From Zootoca vivipara (Eukaryota), in the NCBI RefSeq assembly GCF_963506605.1, contig NC_083290.1, forward strand, positions 26,164,001-26,228,000: a stretch of 64,000 nt of DNA. The letters are read 5' to 3'. A program made the position numbers and the translations under genes. This document shows positions 11,901 to 24,105 of the stretch, in pieces. Position 1 is the first letter of the stretch. Each line of letters starts with the position of its first letter. The notes under the pieces were generated by a model. That model saw only the letters and a program-made list of their open reading frames with translations. It did not search any database and was not told where the DNA came from.

Positions 11901-14900
11901 CATTCCCTTACCTGTAGCTTGGTTGTGCTACTGAGTCTCTCCATTATCCAGGCAGCCCGGTGTGCTGCATGCCCAGCTGATCTTTCCTCTCTGAAGAAAG
12001 CCGTGTAGCAACAGCTACGTGGCCTGTGCTGACCTTTGCCCCCAACTTTGCTCCCATCCAGTGCAAGCCTCCTTCCCCTGCTGATGACCCCAATTCCCAC
12101 TGTGTTGCAGAAGGAGCTGAGTCAGAAGGATCGGCACCTGCACCAGCACCAGGCCAAGATGGAGGAGATGCTGCGGCAGCTCTCCGAGGCCAGTTATCAC
12201 CAGGTACCGCCCCCCCCCCCGCCTTGCTGCCGCCATCAGTCCCTGTTCATCATGTCCCAGGCCTCTTGGTTGTGTTGCTTGCTGATCCATTTATTCTGTA
12301 TGCAGGCGGAGCTGGAGCGAGAGCTGGAGCACAAAGAAGCCCTGTTGGCTCAGTGTATGAAGAAGGATGCAGAAGAGGTGTGTGAAACAGCAGCGGAACT
12401 TCATTGTTTGCCTTTTGCAAGTGCGGCTTTTTGCTGCTCCAGTACAATAATAATAATAACAACCTCTGATTACGCTGCAATAGAGGAAGCAGCAGCGTTG
12501 TATGGAAACAGATGTAATAGAAAAGAGAGAAAAAGAGTTGAGGATTGAGCTTGGCTACCACCTAGCTCTGAAACTGAAATGACTGATGTGCATATCAGCA
12601 AATTGAACACTGGCTCTGTTGAGACCACCCTAAAAATGAAAGTGAGTTCTCTGGCTTAAAAAAAGAAAAGAAAATCACATGTACTCATTTAAAGCCTTAT
12701 TAATTATTTTTTAAAAATCATCTAAAGTGCAAAACTGCTCTGGGAATTTGGGAGGTGATGACAGCATGGACACCAGCCAATCAACACAATGTACAGTTGG
12801 TTTCTGCTACAAACTTGCAGACCACTTCACGAAAGTGCTTCCAAAAATGGACTTCGCTCCTCTATAAATCTTCTGTCTTCACTGTGGAAGACCTTCAGAG
12901 TATGGTGGCAAATGAGGCTGGGTCTGTAATCCATTCATAGCTCTATCTCCTTGCCTGTGGCCACAAAAGTTTTTCTTTCTTTCATGCCAACCAGGTGATA
13001 GTCTACAGCAGTCATGGCTCTCAGAGCAACGGCTTCCTGCAGACATCAGGAAAAGGAGCTGCTTCCACAGCACACAGAGGGGTAAGTTACTTCTTTCTCC
13101 TTCTCTTGGGGCTCCATGGAGCATCCTTGGCTTTGCAAGCCGCTTGCTGGGAGGGCTCAGGCGTATTGCAGGGGAGAGCGTCTCAGAGGAGCCAGGCTTG
13201 CTTCCTCCTGATCTCTCCTGATCTCCTGGACAGACCAACGACCTGCAGCTGGTGCGCGAGGCCCTGCGCAGCTTGCGGAACAGCTTCAGTGGCCACGACC
13301 CCCAGCACCATACCATCGACAGCCTGGAGCAGGGCATCTCCAGCCTGATGGAGAGGCTGCACCGCATGGAGATGCAGAAGAGGCAAGAGAGGAGGGTAAG
13401 AGGCACTCCCGGGTCATGCTGACTAGGGAGCCTGGGGCGATGTTGCCTCTTTCTGCACCATTTGTGGCTTGTGGGCCTGGAGGAGTCATTGCTCTGTAAG
13501 CACCTTTGCCCTGCATGGGCAGACCATGTGCCCATGACACTTTACAGTTAGGAGGGGCTAATAAAGTACATTATCACCATCATCTCTGCTATGACCCCTC
13601 CTCCTGTCATGCATGCAGGTGAGGGGCAGGTGTAGGCTTACTTCAGGGCATGTGCGCTTGCTGGGGTCCTAGAAAAAGCACTGTGTGAGAGTGTTATGGG
13701 TTGAGACTTGCATTGTGACAAAGGGGGAGTTTGCAGCCACCTTATTTACCCTGGAGGGATTTTTGAGGTAGGGGACGTAGTGATGCATGTTGTCCTAAAG
13801 CACCAGCTCCACCAAAAACTAATGCTTTTCCAGGCACTGTTTGGGATGTGTCTGGGATTTAGGAGTCCTGGCTTTGATCTTGGTTTTGCGGTGTGTGAAT
13901 TTCAGGCTTCATGGCTTAGTTGCAGCTGGACTATATTACGCCAGGCAAATACGTCCAAGGAGATGGGAGTGTAGTGTTCCTGCTCCTGACTCCCACAAGC
14001 TTGCTGCACCCTCCCTCCTTTAACAGGCCTTTTGCCGCTTTCCCATTGGAGCCCTCTTCTAGGAAGCCTTGAGGGCGACTTCATCACAATCTGTGAAACG
14101 GCTAAAGGGCCGCCGGGTGTTGCCATTGCTGTAGGGCTTTTCAGTCGCTCAAGTCACTGGATGCTGTCCTTGGTGGGGGTAATTTTGAGCAGGCTCTTGC
14201 TGACATTACAGCGGCACATGCTCCCTTTGTCCCAGTTGGTGTGCACGCTTGCGTATGGTCCTTTAATCAGTTTAACCCATCTGTTGTTTTCCTCTCTGCT
14301 GACCTTTAAGATGGAGCCCCTCGTGTTTGTAGCTGCTACTCAGCAGGCAAACCTGGTTTGCCTCTCAAGCCCTCAAGTCTCCTGAGCCTCTGTGATGTTT
14401 GCTCAGCTCAGCGATGCAAGGACCGGTAAATGGTTGCCCTGCATTAGAATAGTAAAAGTAGGCCCTTCTGTCAGAGCTTTAAAGTAGATTCTCCAAGACT
14501 CTCCAGGAGCAACAAGAGGGTACAGTTTGCAAGTCATTCCTGTCCTTTGATTCTCAACCCCAGAACCTGTTTGTGATGCCAGGGCTCAATCCTGAAATTT
14601 TAATTATAATAATAATAATAATGTGCCTATGAGCATGTACAGAGTGTCTTTCTGGTTTCCCCCTCTAGATCCAAGGAAAATCACCTGCCGGCCACATCAC
14701 GAACGAGTACCGAGAATCCTGGCCCTCCAACTCCAGTGAGTGTAGTTCCAAGACCGCTCTCTCATACCAGACGGAAGTGTCCTGCTTCAAGTCTAGACTG
14801 TCAGTATTTTGTGGGATGGATTCGGTTACATTCCGGAAAAGCAGGTTTGCACCGTTCAAGTGCATTCAAGTGCTCTTCCAAAAGTCCCACTTCCAAAAAA

Positions 14901-15369
14901 GAATGGACCTTTTGTGGTTAGGAAAGCGACGGGGAAATATCTCTGGAACGTGTAGGATGGACAAATGGTTAACAGGAAAATGTGTAAACACCTTGCAAGC
15001 AAATTCTGATGAATGTTCATTAACATACCAGCATAACCTTCTCGGTGGCGGCTCCCAGACTGTGGAACTCCCTCCCTTAAAAAGCTAGACTGGCTCCCTC
15101 CTTGTTGTTCTTCCACTGGCAGGTGAAGAGCATCTTGTTCCAACAAGCTTTTGGGAACTGGCTGCTTTAATGAAAGGGCTGGTGCTGTGCTGTTTTTATT
15201 GTAATTATTTGTATGCTTTGAACAGGTTTTATATGTGCATATAGTTATAATTCTATTAATTTTTAATTTATTTTTAATTGTTGCTCTTTCTATGTTTTTA
15301 GCAATTCTGGTTTTTCCTGTAAGTTGCATTGAGTCCCATTAGGGCAAAATGGCAGGGTATAAATAAACA

Positions 15370-15415
<46 letters not shown>

Positions 15416-18400
15416 TAACTGCCCCATAGACAAATCAGAACAAATGCTCATTTGTCTAACCTCAGTGTATGTTTTGTGCAAGCAAATTGGGACAAATGCA
15501 GAATAAATCTGGAGGGGCTGTCAGATGCTCTGGAACAGAGACTGTTTAGCAGGGATGCTTTTGGAAATCTGGGCAGGCCTTGCTCCTCCTCACTCTCCCT
15601 CCTGATCTGCTCACCCTCCTAATTGCTCCTTTGGACTGTTCCTTTCACCAACATCACTTTGAACTAAGAGCTTGCCAAGGTGCAGTTGTTGGCACAAAGC
15701 AGACTGCTTCGGTCTCTGGACATTACTGCACCATAAATAATGAACAACTCCAATTAATATTTACTCTTAACATCAAGCAGAAAACACCACCTTATTCTCT
15801 GAGGCCTTCCAGTGTCTTACTGCAAACAGGTTCTGCCATCTAGTGGTCACAGTTGGCAGTGGTGCCTCTTTTTGCCTTGCTCCCCAGTCATTGCAGCTGG
15901 GTTTTAAAAATTGGGCATCTCTGATCCATCTATATCATTCTGGGTGGACCATTTCCTTCCCCACCATCATTGCATTATTGTAACTGTATGCTCTAAAAAA
16001 CAGAAGAGTTTTTGCATTATAAGACTTCTCAGGCTGATAACAAGCCAAGCCTTTAGACCGGAGCATTTTCCAGGCCTAGCTGGCATCAGGCATAGCTGGC
16101 TTCTGTACCTGCCTGATCCATGCTCACCCCTACCTACACTGGAGATTGTGAGCTGTGTGCAGTGGCAGACAGGAATGAAGCTGCTTCATGTTCCTGGACA
16201 AATTGCCTTGTTGAATCCCAAACCCTCCTCCCACATCCAGCTTGTTGGAAACAGCATAGATGTAGCATGAAGGACGTACAGCTGCATTACTATTCCAAAA
16301 GTAGGGAGAGACGTATGTGCTGTGTAACCCTTGATAGGCAGGCAGGCGTGCCTGCAGCTTCTCCCCATGCCAATTCTCTGCTTATCCACATCAGAAGTGG
16401 TATTGGTTTTGGGGCCAGTGGAGGCATAGCAGTTGTGCTTTGAGACTGCAAAACAACAACAGGATTCTTGATTTTATCATTGGCTGGATTATTGCCAGTG
16501 ACTACAAAGGCTGCAAGCAGGATGATGCTGTTGTGGGAGAGGTGTTGTGTGGCCTGGGGTCTTTGTATTCCACTGGTGTTGTCCCTAAATCCTATTGGTG
16601 ACAAACTCTATAGAGGTGCGGAAAGCGTGTGTGCGTGTGTGTGTGTACACAAACAGAGAGAGATTTCTGTCAGGGTGGGGTCTCTAGCCTTTGATGTTAG
16701 GTGAGCTCTCATGTTTTCCTTCTCTAGCTTCTCTTTTAGAGTTGGAGGGCTATAATTTAACTGAGTCCGTCTGTCTTTGCAGAACTGCCTCATTCTCACA
16801 GCACCCCTGCAATGAGCAGCAGTGCCTGCACCAAAGTGCTCTACTTCACGGATCGCTCCCTCACACCTTTCATGGTGAACATACCAAAGAGGTGAGGCTG
16901 GCAGCCCTCCATCATGTCTCTGTCATGGGGGGACTTAAGTCAGAATTTGTGTTCTTTCTCTCAGCATGCACTGCAACAGCCGCTGCACCCAATGAGCCCT
17001 GTGTCATTCATGCCACACGCTGGCAGTGAGGCTGGCTCTACCTCTTTCCTACTCTTGTGTCTGTGCAGGTTAGGTGAGGTGACTCTAAGGGACTTCAAAG
17101 CAGCTATTGATCGGGAAGGGACACATCGCTACCACTTCAAAGCCCTAGATCCAGAATTTGGCACAGTAAAAGAGGAGGTATGTAATAGCCTCTCATTAGG
17201 ACTTACGCTCACAGTTATTGTGTGACAACGTGACATGCCCACTTGCAGAGAGTGACAAAATGGCAGCTGGTTGTGCCTGGGGATGGGGAAGAAGTTCGAT
17301 TTTGTTTGCATCTTAGTGAGAGACTTATTAATTAACACTTCTCGAACTACAGTAATACACAAACTGAAACACAGGTATCCTTTGAAATCTGCACTTCTTT
17401 GAATTTTGCGATGGAGGCTTTCCAGCCAAACAGTGTGTGCAAAAATGCATGCATTAAGGGAAAGTCACTACAAATTAGTGAAAATTACAAAAATGCATTG
17501 CATTAGTTGTATTTGCTTGCAAAATATATTGGGGGAAAGTACATACAAAAATGTGTTTTATTAGGAGAAACCTGCCCTAAACCATTGACCGATATGCGTG
17601 AGGATTAAAAAATAATTTCAAATTGCTGCAGAAATGAGGAGAACTGAATTTAAGGTTGGAAAAATGGGAAATTGAATGAAACCGAATTTGACATATTTCT
17701 CCATCCCTAATCATGTGGTGACTCTTTTTCATCTCTGTGTGCTCATGCTTGGCCTGTATCCTGTGGCGTGGAAGCCCAGGGGCAGAAAGGCCAGGGTTGG
17801 CCCAGGTGTGGGGGTCATGTGGGTGCAACTTATAGTACAACTGAAGAATGTTGCATAAAAGCAACCTGACTTTTCAGCAGCAGCCCTCTAAGAGCTACAG
17901 GCAGAAAGTGAAGTCTCCAGATAAATCAGCTGATGAATGTCACTCAACCAATAAGTGTGCCAAAGATCTGGGAACTTGTCCTGTTTGATTTGGCTGGTAA
18001 GGACAGGTTTCTGCAGCGCTTGGCTTGAGTGATGTAACTGTAATAGCTAAAGGAGGTTAGGCCGTCATGTAGGGCAAGGACCTGCAATTTCTCTGAGCTT
18101 ACAAGGCCCTGATCATCCTGCAACTTGCAGAATAAGCCTTCTGGTGCAAAACTTGTGAGATGCCCCAGAATGTGCAAAATAATCCGTAAAAAGGAGAGAC
18201 TTTCTGGCTTTCAGTTTTTACAAGTGAATCTGAGTGTGCCTGGAGGAGCTGGGCTCAGGCCCACCTACCCCCTTGCTACCATGGGCTTCATCGTGTGAGG
18301 GCATGGGCATGTCACCATGTCTCAGGATCAGCCTGTGAAAAGGAAAGACGTTAATAATGTTGGGGCTCACTGGGATAACCATTTGACTATCAACATGAGG

Positions 18401-19135
18401 ATGGGCCTTTTGATCCCTCATAGTATACAGGGTTGAAAAGAGCGGCTTGCCCTACAGCAGTGATAGGGTGCCTTTTCCATGCTGAGGGCCACATTCCCTC
18501 CTGGACAGCCTTCCAAGGGCCGCCTTGTCTGTGGTGGGCATGGGCAGAGCAACAAATGAAAATTCTATCTTTGTACAGCAGGCTAGTTTGCGCATGCACA
18601 CACGTTCTCTCTTCTCCACCCATGCAAGCAAGAGGCATTATCAGAGTTCAGGCATGTCCTGCACTAGCCCCACAGGCACTTAAGGGTGGTGCAAAGCAGA
18701 GATACTGAGGGGTGGGGACTGAGGAGAGTTCTGGGGGTCAGGTATAGATGCCAGAGGAGCTGCATTTGGTCCCCGGGTCTGAGGTTCCCCATCCTTACCC
18801 TGAAGTCACCTGGTAGGGTTATGGCTGAGATAACATTTGCATTGAGGACTCCTGACGTGCAGCTGGCTCTCTTAGCCACTGTGCCATGCCAGCACCTGGC
18901 TGCTCAAAACACCTCCTGAGACGTGCTTAGGGAGAAGAAGCTTCAACCCACTCAAACTTGCAAGAAGCGCTAGCCTTGGCGACTCTTGGCACAGGAGCAT
19001 CTGCATGTACTCTCATTTTGTTAACAAGTTTCTTTTGCTTTGCTTTTCTCACAGGTTTTCCATGATGACGACATCATCCCTGGGTGGGAGGGAAAGATCG
19101 TGGCATGGGTGGAAGAGGACCATGGGGAGAACTAA
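2961..19135 (+). CDS. DIXDC1: Dixin / DIX domain-containing 1 (Ccd1), 3' part: coiled coil + DIX domain; 5' exons lie upstream of the window
   Basis: GT-AG exons 2961-3112, 5776-5865, 5959-6012, 7731-7781, 10714-10818, 11736-11789, 12111-12203, 12306-12377, 12995-13081, 13234-13395, 14669-14735, 16783-16891, 17069-17177, 19055-19135 join in frame: [42 protein letters not shown]...[84 protein letters not shown]. Confidence 0.96.
3260..3705 (+). mobile_element. Degenerate LINE2-like 3' fragment
   Basis: Typical squamate L2 3' stretch (CCTTTTAGTGTTGTAGTACCCACACTTTGGAACTCCCTGCC...GTAAACCACTTTGAGG...TAAATAAATA); boundaries approximate. Confidence 0.45.
4244..4333. mobile_element. 90-bp MITE-like element with 15-bp TIR CATAGCTGCCAAGTT
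   Basis: CATAGCTGCCAAGTT...AACTTGGCAGCTATG, flanked by GAATTC on both sides; near-identical inverted copy at 8735-8824 and partial copy at 44409. Confidence 0.8.
6581..6716. mobile_element. 136-bp non-autonomous hAT-type MITE
   Basis: TIRs CAGGCATCCCCAAACT / AGTTTGGGGGTGCCTG; 8-bp TSD CTATAAAG (6573-6580, 6717-6724), typical of hAT. Confidence 0.9.
8735..8824. mobile_element. 90-bp MITE-like element (inverted copy of 4244-4333)
   Basis: Same TIR CATAGCTGCCAAGTT; internal sequence is the near reverse complement of 4244-4333. Confidence 0.8.
10885..11115 (+). mobile_element. Old tRNA-derived SINE
   Basis: tRNA-like head (GAGAGCATGCACTTTGCCTGCAGATGGTCCTAGATTGAATCC) and tail GGCAACTTCCTGTGTTCC shared with copies at ~26315, ~26570, ~49440 and ~56740; boundaries approximate. 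Confidence 0.5.
15020..15414 (+). mobile_element. LINE2-like 3' fragment ending in a (TAA)n microsatellite (15369-15414)
   Basis: CCTTCTCGGTGGCGGCTCCCAGACTGTGGAACTCC...GGCAGGGTATAAATAAACAAA followed by ~15 TAA units. Confidence 0.55.
15833..15849 (-). promoter_or_regulatory. Candidate CTCF site in a DIXDC1 intron
   Basis: Minus strand TGACCACTAGATGGCAG matches the CTCF core CCASYAGRKGGCR; motif match only. Confidence 0.5.
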
Positions 19136-22100
19136 TGAGAGACACCCGAACTCTCTTTCCTGGCGACCCACCACTGGTCTGCTGCACTTCCCAGATACTG
19201 ACCAAAAAAGTTTGTGAACTGAGATGCATCTGTCTCGAAACTGCCAAAAGAAAGGAACGGACTTCTCTGCAAAATGACGGGTATAACGTTTTGCCACAAG
19301 CGAGGAGGATGTATGGCACTTGAGTTCCATGGCCAAATGTTGCATTGTTTGAAAGTCCCATGGTGTGGGGAGTGGCCCGCCTCTCTTTTTCAGTCCTTGT
19401 CAGCCTTAATGGTGTGTTTGTCCCTGCTTCCCCTTCCCGCTGCTGTCAGAGAATCCAGAGCATTTTCATTGGGAGACGTACAGTATTACAAGGAACCTTG
19501 CACTTCATGGCGGAAGCTTAGAAACTGTGCACTGGAGGCAGGCAGTGCTGTTGCAGCTACATTCTCGATATTGAAAGCTCTCGCCAGCCAATCATTCCAA
19601 ACGACTCTGTGCCAGACAGATAGCACCGGGAGCCAACGAGACTTTCTTGAGAGAAAGAAGTGGGCTGGATTGTGGTCCAGATCACGAGTTGGCAGCATCA
19701 GAGTGGGGTTGGGGGTGTCTGCTTCTGCTTTTCTGGTTTTGCTCTCCTATCCTGGAACTCTTGAGGGACATGAAACCATAGTTGGATTGCTTTGGGGGGT
19801 ATGGGTGAGGAGGCCACAGAAAGGTCCATGTCTTTGTTTCTCCAGGGATCAAGTGGCAGAAGAGATTCCAGTCCATGCATTTCTTCTCTTAAACTCCAGT
19901 CCAAACAGTAGGAGAATGTAATGTTGGGTCCCTTGGAAATGTGGGTCCTCTGTCTTCTTCCACAAGTCAGTAAGTCGTGACTCTGCTTTTCTCCCATCAC
20001 CATCTGAGTTCTTTTCCAGTCAGCCTGTGCTGAGACTCATGTGGGACTGGGATCCCGATTTGCTATTTGAATGCTATTTATTTTCAATGGTTGGACAGTG
20101 GAATGCATGTTGAACTGTTTCATGTGGGTCTCATTGCAAGTTTTCTAGTGAGAGTGTGTGACTGTGTGAAACCACCTTCGGGAAAGCTGAAAGGGAGCAA
20201 GGCATCAGGCACATAACCTCTCTGGTCCCCTGGTTTACGGTAAAACTGTTGCATAAAATCGCCCCACCCCACTTTGTGGTGGCTGTCTTTTTTTCTCTAC
20301 TGCCCATGGTGGTTCCTTTCCCTTTGATTAAGGGGGGGGGGCGACTGGCTTGTTCGCCACAAGCAGAATCTGCAGTCTTGCCCAGCGCCGCTCAGACCAC
20401 TCTTCAAGTGTGGTGTGTGCTTGTGGAGAACGAATTAACCAGTTCTCTGAGCCACAGCAGGCACCATGAGCAGAGCAGCTGCATGAACTGGCTCTCAGGC
20501 ATAACACACACACACACACACTTTTCATAGCATAATAAAGCTTGGACAGAAATTGTAGCCGTTAAGGTCACTGGGGTTTAAATAAGTAGGTTTAAGTAAG
20601 AGTCTTTGGGGCACACTTACACATCATTTTGGGATGCATCCACTTGCTGCTTACATCTGTTCTCCACATGCCAAATTTGGTCTCCTGGTAGTCCAGCCGG
20701 CAATCAGCACTGCTTCATGTAACATGATACTTTTTAGCTTTTCTTGACTATGGACTTTCTATGTTTCTAGCAATGCTCTAAAACGCAGAACTGGGGGGTG
20801 CAGGGGGTGCCTCTTGGCAAGTGCACCCATGGCATCACTGAACTGAAAAGCAGGTGGCGAGTGGCAAAATCAGGAATGTCACTCCAGCTACCAGAGATTG
20901 CTGCCTCCACCAGCCCATCTCCATGCATCTGCATCTCGTCTTCCATCCAGCACAGTCCTGTGCGTTGAAGGTGGTTGCAGGCCTGCATGTCTCTGGTGCA
21001 TGCACCAGCACTCTGAATGACCGTTTCTGTATGTCAGCCTGTTTCGTGTCCTTTTTCATGTGAGGCTGGACATTTGAAGTAAAACTTGGCTTTTATCATT
21101 TTATAGATTTTACACATGTCCTTTTTGTAAACTTGTTCCTGTTTTTTGGAATTATTTTGTATCCATTTGCATTGCTGTTGTTCAAGGATGGTGTATATTT
21201 TTATACCGGTGCAAGTATTATTCCCCTCTGTATATTTCTGCGCACATGTTGAGCTGTATTTTACCCATTTTTCTAGAGGACACTAGCAGGTTTTGTACCA
21301 GCATCCTGTTAATGCCGCCACCCCAAGTCGCTCCAATTACTAGGTTTACTTTACTATGAAGGTATTACAGATTCCTAATGGTTTTATATTTTGCCAGCTT
21401 TTTTCCTTGTACTGATTTCTGTGTTTTTCTGTGTTGTTGCTCTTCCCAATGCCCTCAGTGTACAGAAAGTGCAATAGTGCCTTTCCAAACCCTGCCCTCA
21501 TTAGAATCCGTGTCTGCTGTTAGCAATTCAGAGTGCAATCCTCGTTGTCCTTCAGAACAGCAACTACCAAGCTGGCTTTTGGAGGTGAGAGCTTATTACT
21601 AAATGGGAAGAAACAGGGCTCCTCACCCCTGATAAAGAAAAACTTCCTTCTCCTCATGGAATTACTGTTTTTTCTGTTGCATGAATTTTACTAGATTGCG
21701 AAAAGACAGCATGGAATTATATTTACTAAACAAAGAGACAGAGAAGGGAATTGTCCAGTAGTTTGTTTTCCCCCCAGGAAGAGCTTTTAAGCTCAAACCT
21801 GTACTCACTTCTCAACAACTTTAACTTCAGTTTAATTGAACCAGTTCTTCCTTTTCAGACAGGCTTCTTGGCACTTGGCAGAAATGTGGTTGTGGTGGCA
21901 AGAGGGAGCAAAGAATACCCTGGTTCAGGGGGGTCACCTCAGGAAAGACTTAAGGGCTCTGGTGGGCTGCAATCCTACATACTATTGGGCTGTTTTAATA
22001 CCGTAAACCCCAGTGGGATTTAGTTATCCAAAGCGGGTGCAGGGTTTCAGCCTCAGTCTTGTAGCATTAAGGTTGAAGTATATAGGCACCTCTTCACTAT

Positions 22101-22632
22101 CTAAACTACAGTTCCCTTGAGTCTTTGGGGGTAAGCAGCAATATATTGCTTAAATCGTATGAAAGTTTGTCATGTAGATATGCTCCACATTTACCATCCC
22201 CTCATAAGGATGAGGAGCATTGGGGAGATACAAAATGGGTCTGAAATAAAATGAATCATTCATGGAATGATGGGGGCAATTGTATTCCCTAACTGGGTGC
22301 CTCTCAGTATTTTGGACTACAGCTTTTGTGGCTAATGGGAGTTGTAGTCAAAAACATCAAGTTGGGCAAGGCTGTATTTGAGACTAAAAAGTAGGGAGAA
22401 GTTATTGGTTTTTCTCCTCAACATATCTATGCCTGATTTTTACACAAACTCTAGAGATGTTCTGCTTCCTTTTGAAATTCCTCTTTTGAGTTCATATCCT
22501 TACAGCATGTCCCATGCAAGCTATGTATAAAATGCTCTATATTTTGTATAGAAATTCTGAAGTCTGCAATCATTACTATTACAAGGAGGTTCCTTCAGTA
22601 GCACCTTAAAGACCAACTAAGTTTTTATTTTG

Positions 22633-22670
22633 GTATGAGCTTTCGTGTGCATGCACACTTCTTCAGATAC
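22633..22670 (-). ncRNA. Minimal type-I hammerhead ribozyme motif (PLE-associated)
   Basis: Minus strand GUAU-CUGAAGA-A-GUGUGCAUGCACAC-GAAAGCUC^AUAC: helix I GUAU/AUAC, core CUGANGA...GAAA...UH, palindromic helix II, palindromic AGCU minimal helix III. Confidence 0.85.
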
Positions 22671-24067
22671 AGTGAAATGGAAGTTTCCAGGCACTTATGT
22701 AGAGAAGGGGTGGGGAGGGGTGGGGATGGGGAGGGGGGATCACTCAGAAGGGTGGTGGAAATGGGTGATTGACTGACTGATAGCTGTTGATGACCGCAAA
22801 CGACTGCAAATGGTTTTGCATGAAAAAGCAAGGGTTGAGATGGCTGAAGATCGCTTATCATGTATAATGAGATAAGAACCCGATATCTCTGTTCAAACCA
22901 GGTCCCTCCATGGTTTTGAGCTTGGTGATAAGTTGCAATTCAGCAACTTCTCTTTCCAGTCTATTTCTGAAATTCTTTTGTAGTAAGACAGCTACTTTGA
23001 GATCTTGTATAGAATGTCCTGGGAGATTGAAGTGTTCTCCTACTGGTTTTTCTGTCTTCTGGTTCCTGATGTCAGATTTATGTCCATTTATCCTTTGGCG
23101 TAGGGTTTGGCCTGTTTGTCCAATATAGAGAGCTGAAGGGCACTGTTGGCATTTGATGGCATACACAATGTTAGAGGATGAGCAATTAAATAGTCCTGAG
23201 ATGGTATGTTGGATGTTGTTGGGGCCAGTAATGGTGTTGTCTGGGTGTATGTGGCAGCAAAGTTGGCATCTGGGTTTATTGCAGGCTCTGGTACCAGTGT
23301 CCATGTTAAGTCTGGTGGTTGTATTATTGTGGGTGAGGAGTTGTTTAAGATTGGGTGGCTGTCTGTAGGCAATGAAAGGTCTTCCTCCCAGAGCTTGAGA
23401 AAGGGAGCGGTCATTGTCCAGGAGAGGCTGTAGATCTCTGATGATGCGTTGTACTGTTTTAGCTTGGGAGCTGTATGTGATGACTAGTGGTGTTCTGTTA
23501 TTTTCTTTTTTGGGTCTGTCTTGCAGCAGGTTCTCTCTAGGTATCCGTCTGGCTCTGTTGATCTGTTGTTTAACTTCATCAGGTGGATATTTTAGTTCTA
23601 AAAAGGTTTGCTGTAGATCTCTTAGGTGAGATTCTCTGTCTGTAGAGTTGGAACAGATGCGGTTGTAACGTAAGGCCTGGCTGTATACGATGGATTGTTT
23701 GGTATGTTTGGGATGGTAGCTAGAAGCATGTAGATATGTTTGTCGGTCAGTTGGTTTTCTGTATAAGGTGGTGTCTATACGTCCAGAGAAGTTGCTGAAT
23801 TGCAACTTATCACCAAGCTCAAAACCATGGAGGGACCTGGTTTGAACAGAGATATCGGGTTCTTATCTCATTATACATGATAAGCGATCTTCAGCCATCT
23901 CAACCCTTGCTTTTTCATGCAAAACCATTTGCAGTCGTTTGCGGTCATCAACAGCTATCAGTCAGTCAATCACCCATTTCCACCACCCTTCTGAGTGATC
24001 CCCCCTCCCCATCCCCACCCCTCCCCACCCCTTCTCTACATAAGTGCCTGGAAACTTCCATTTCACT

Positions 24068-24105
24068 GTATCTGAAGAAGTGTGCATGCACACGAAAGCT
24101 CATAC
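24068..24105 (+). ncRNA. Minimal type-I hammerhead ribozyme motif (PLE-associated), in DIXDC1 sense orientation
   Basis: GTATCTGAAGAAGTGTGCATGCACACGAAAGCTC^ATAC; predicted cleavage after C24101. Confidence 0.85.

Noticed and set aside
12879-13535. 218-aa minus-strand ORF (also 51166-51825)
   Set aside because: Antisense shadows of real DIXDC1 / NKAPD1 exons.
19274-19921. 215-aa ORF after the DIXDC1 stop
   Set aside because: Falls in the 3' UTR with no recognisable domain or splice support.
22633-22670. Hammerhead activity on the opposite strand because helix II is palindromic
   Set aside because: The complementary strand lacks CUGANGA and GAAA in the required order.
22858-23805. 315-aa ORF as a host gene
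   Set aside because: It is the PLE ORF C-terminus; its TTG 'start' and first residues come from reading across the inversion junction.
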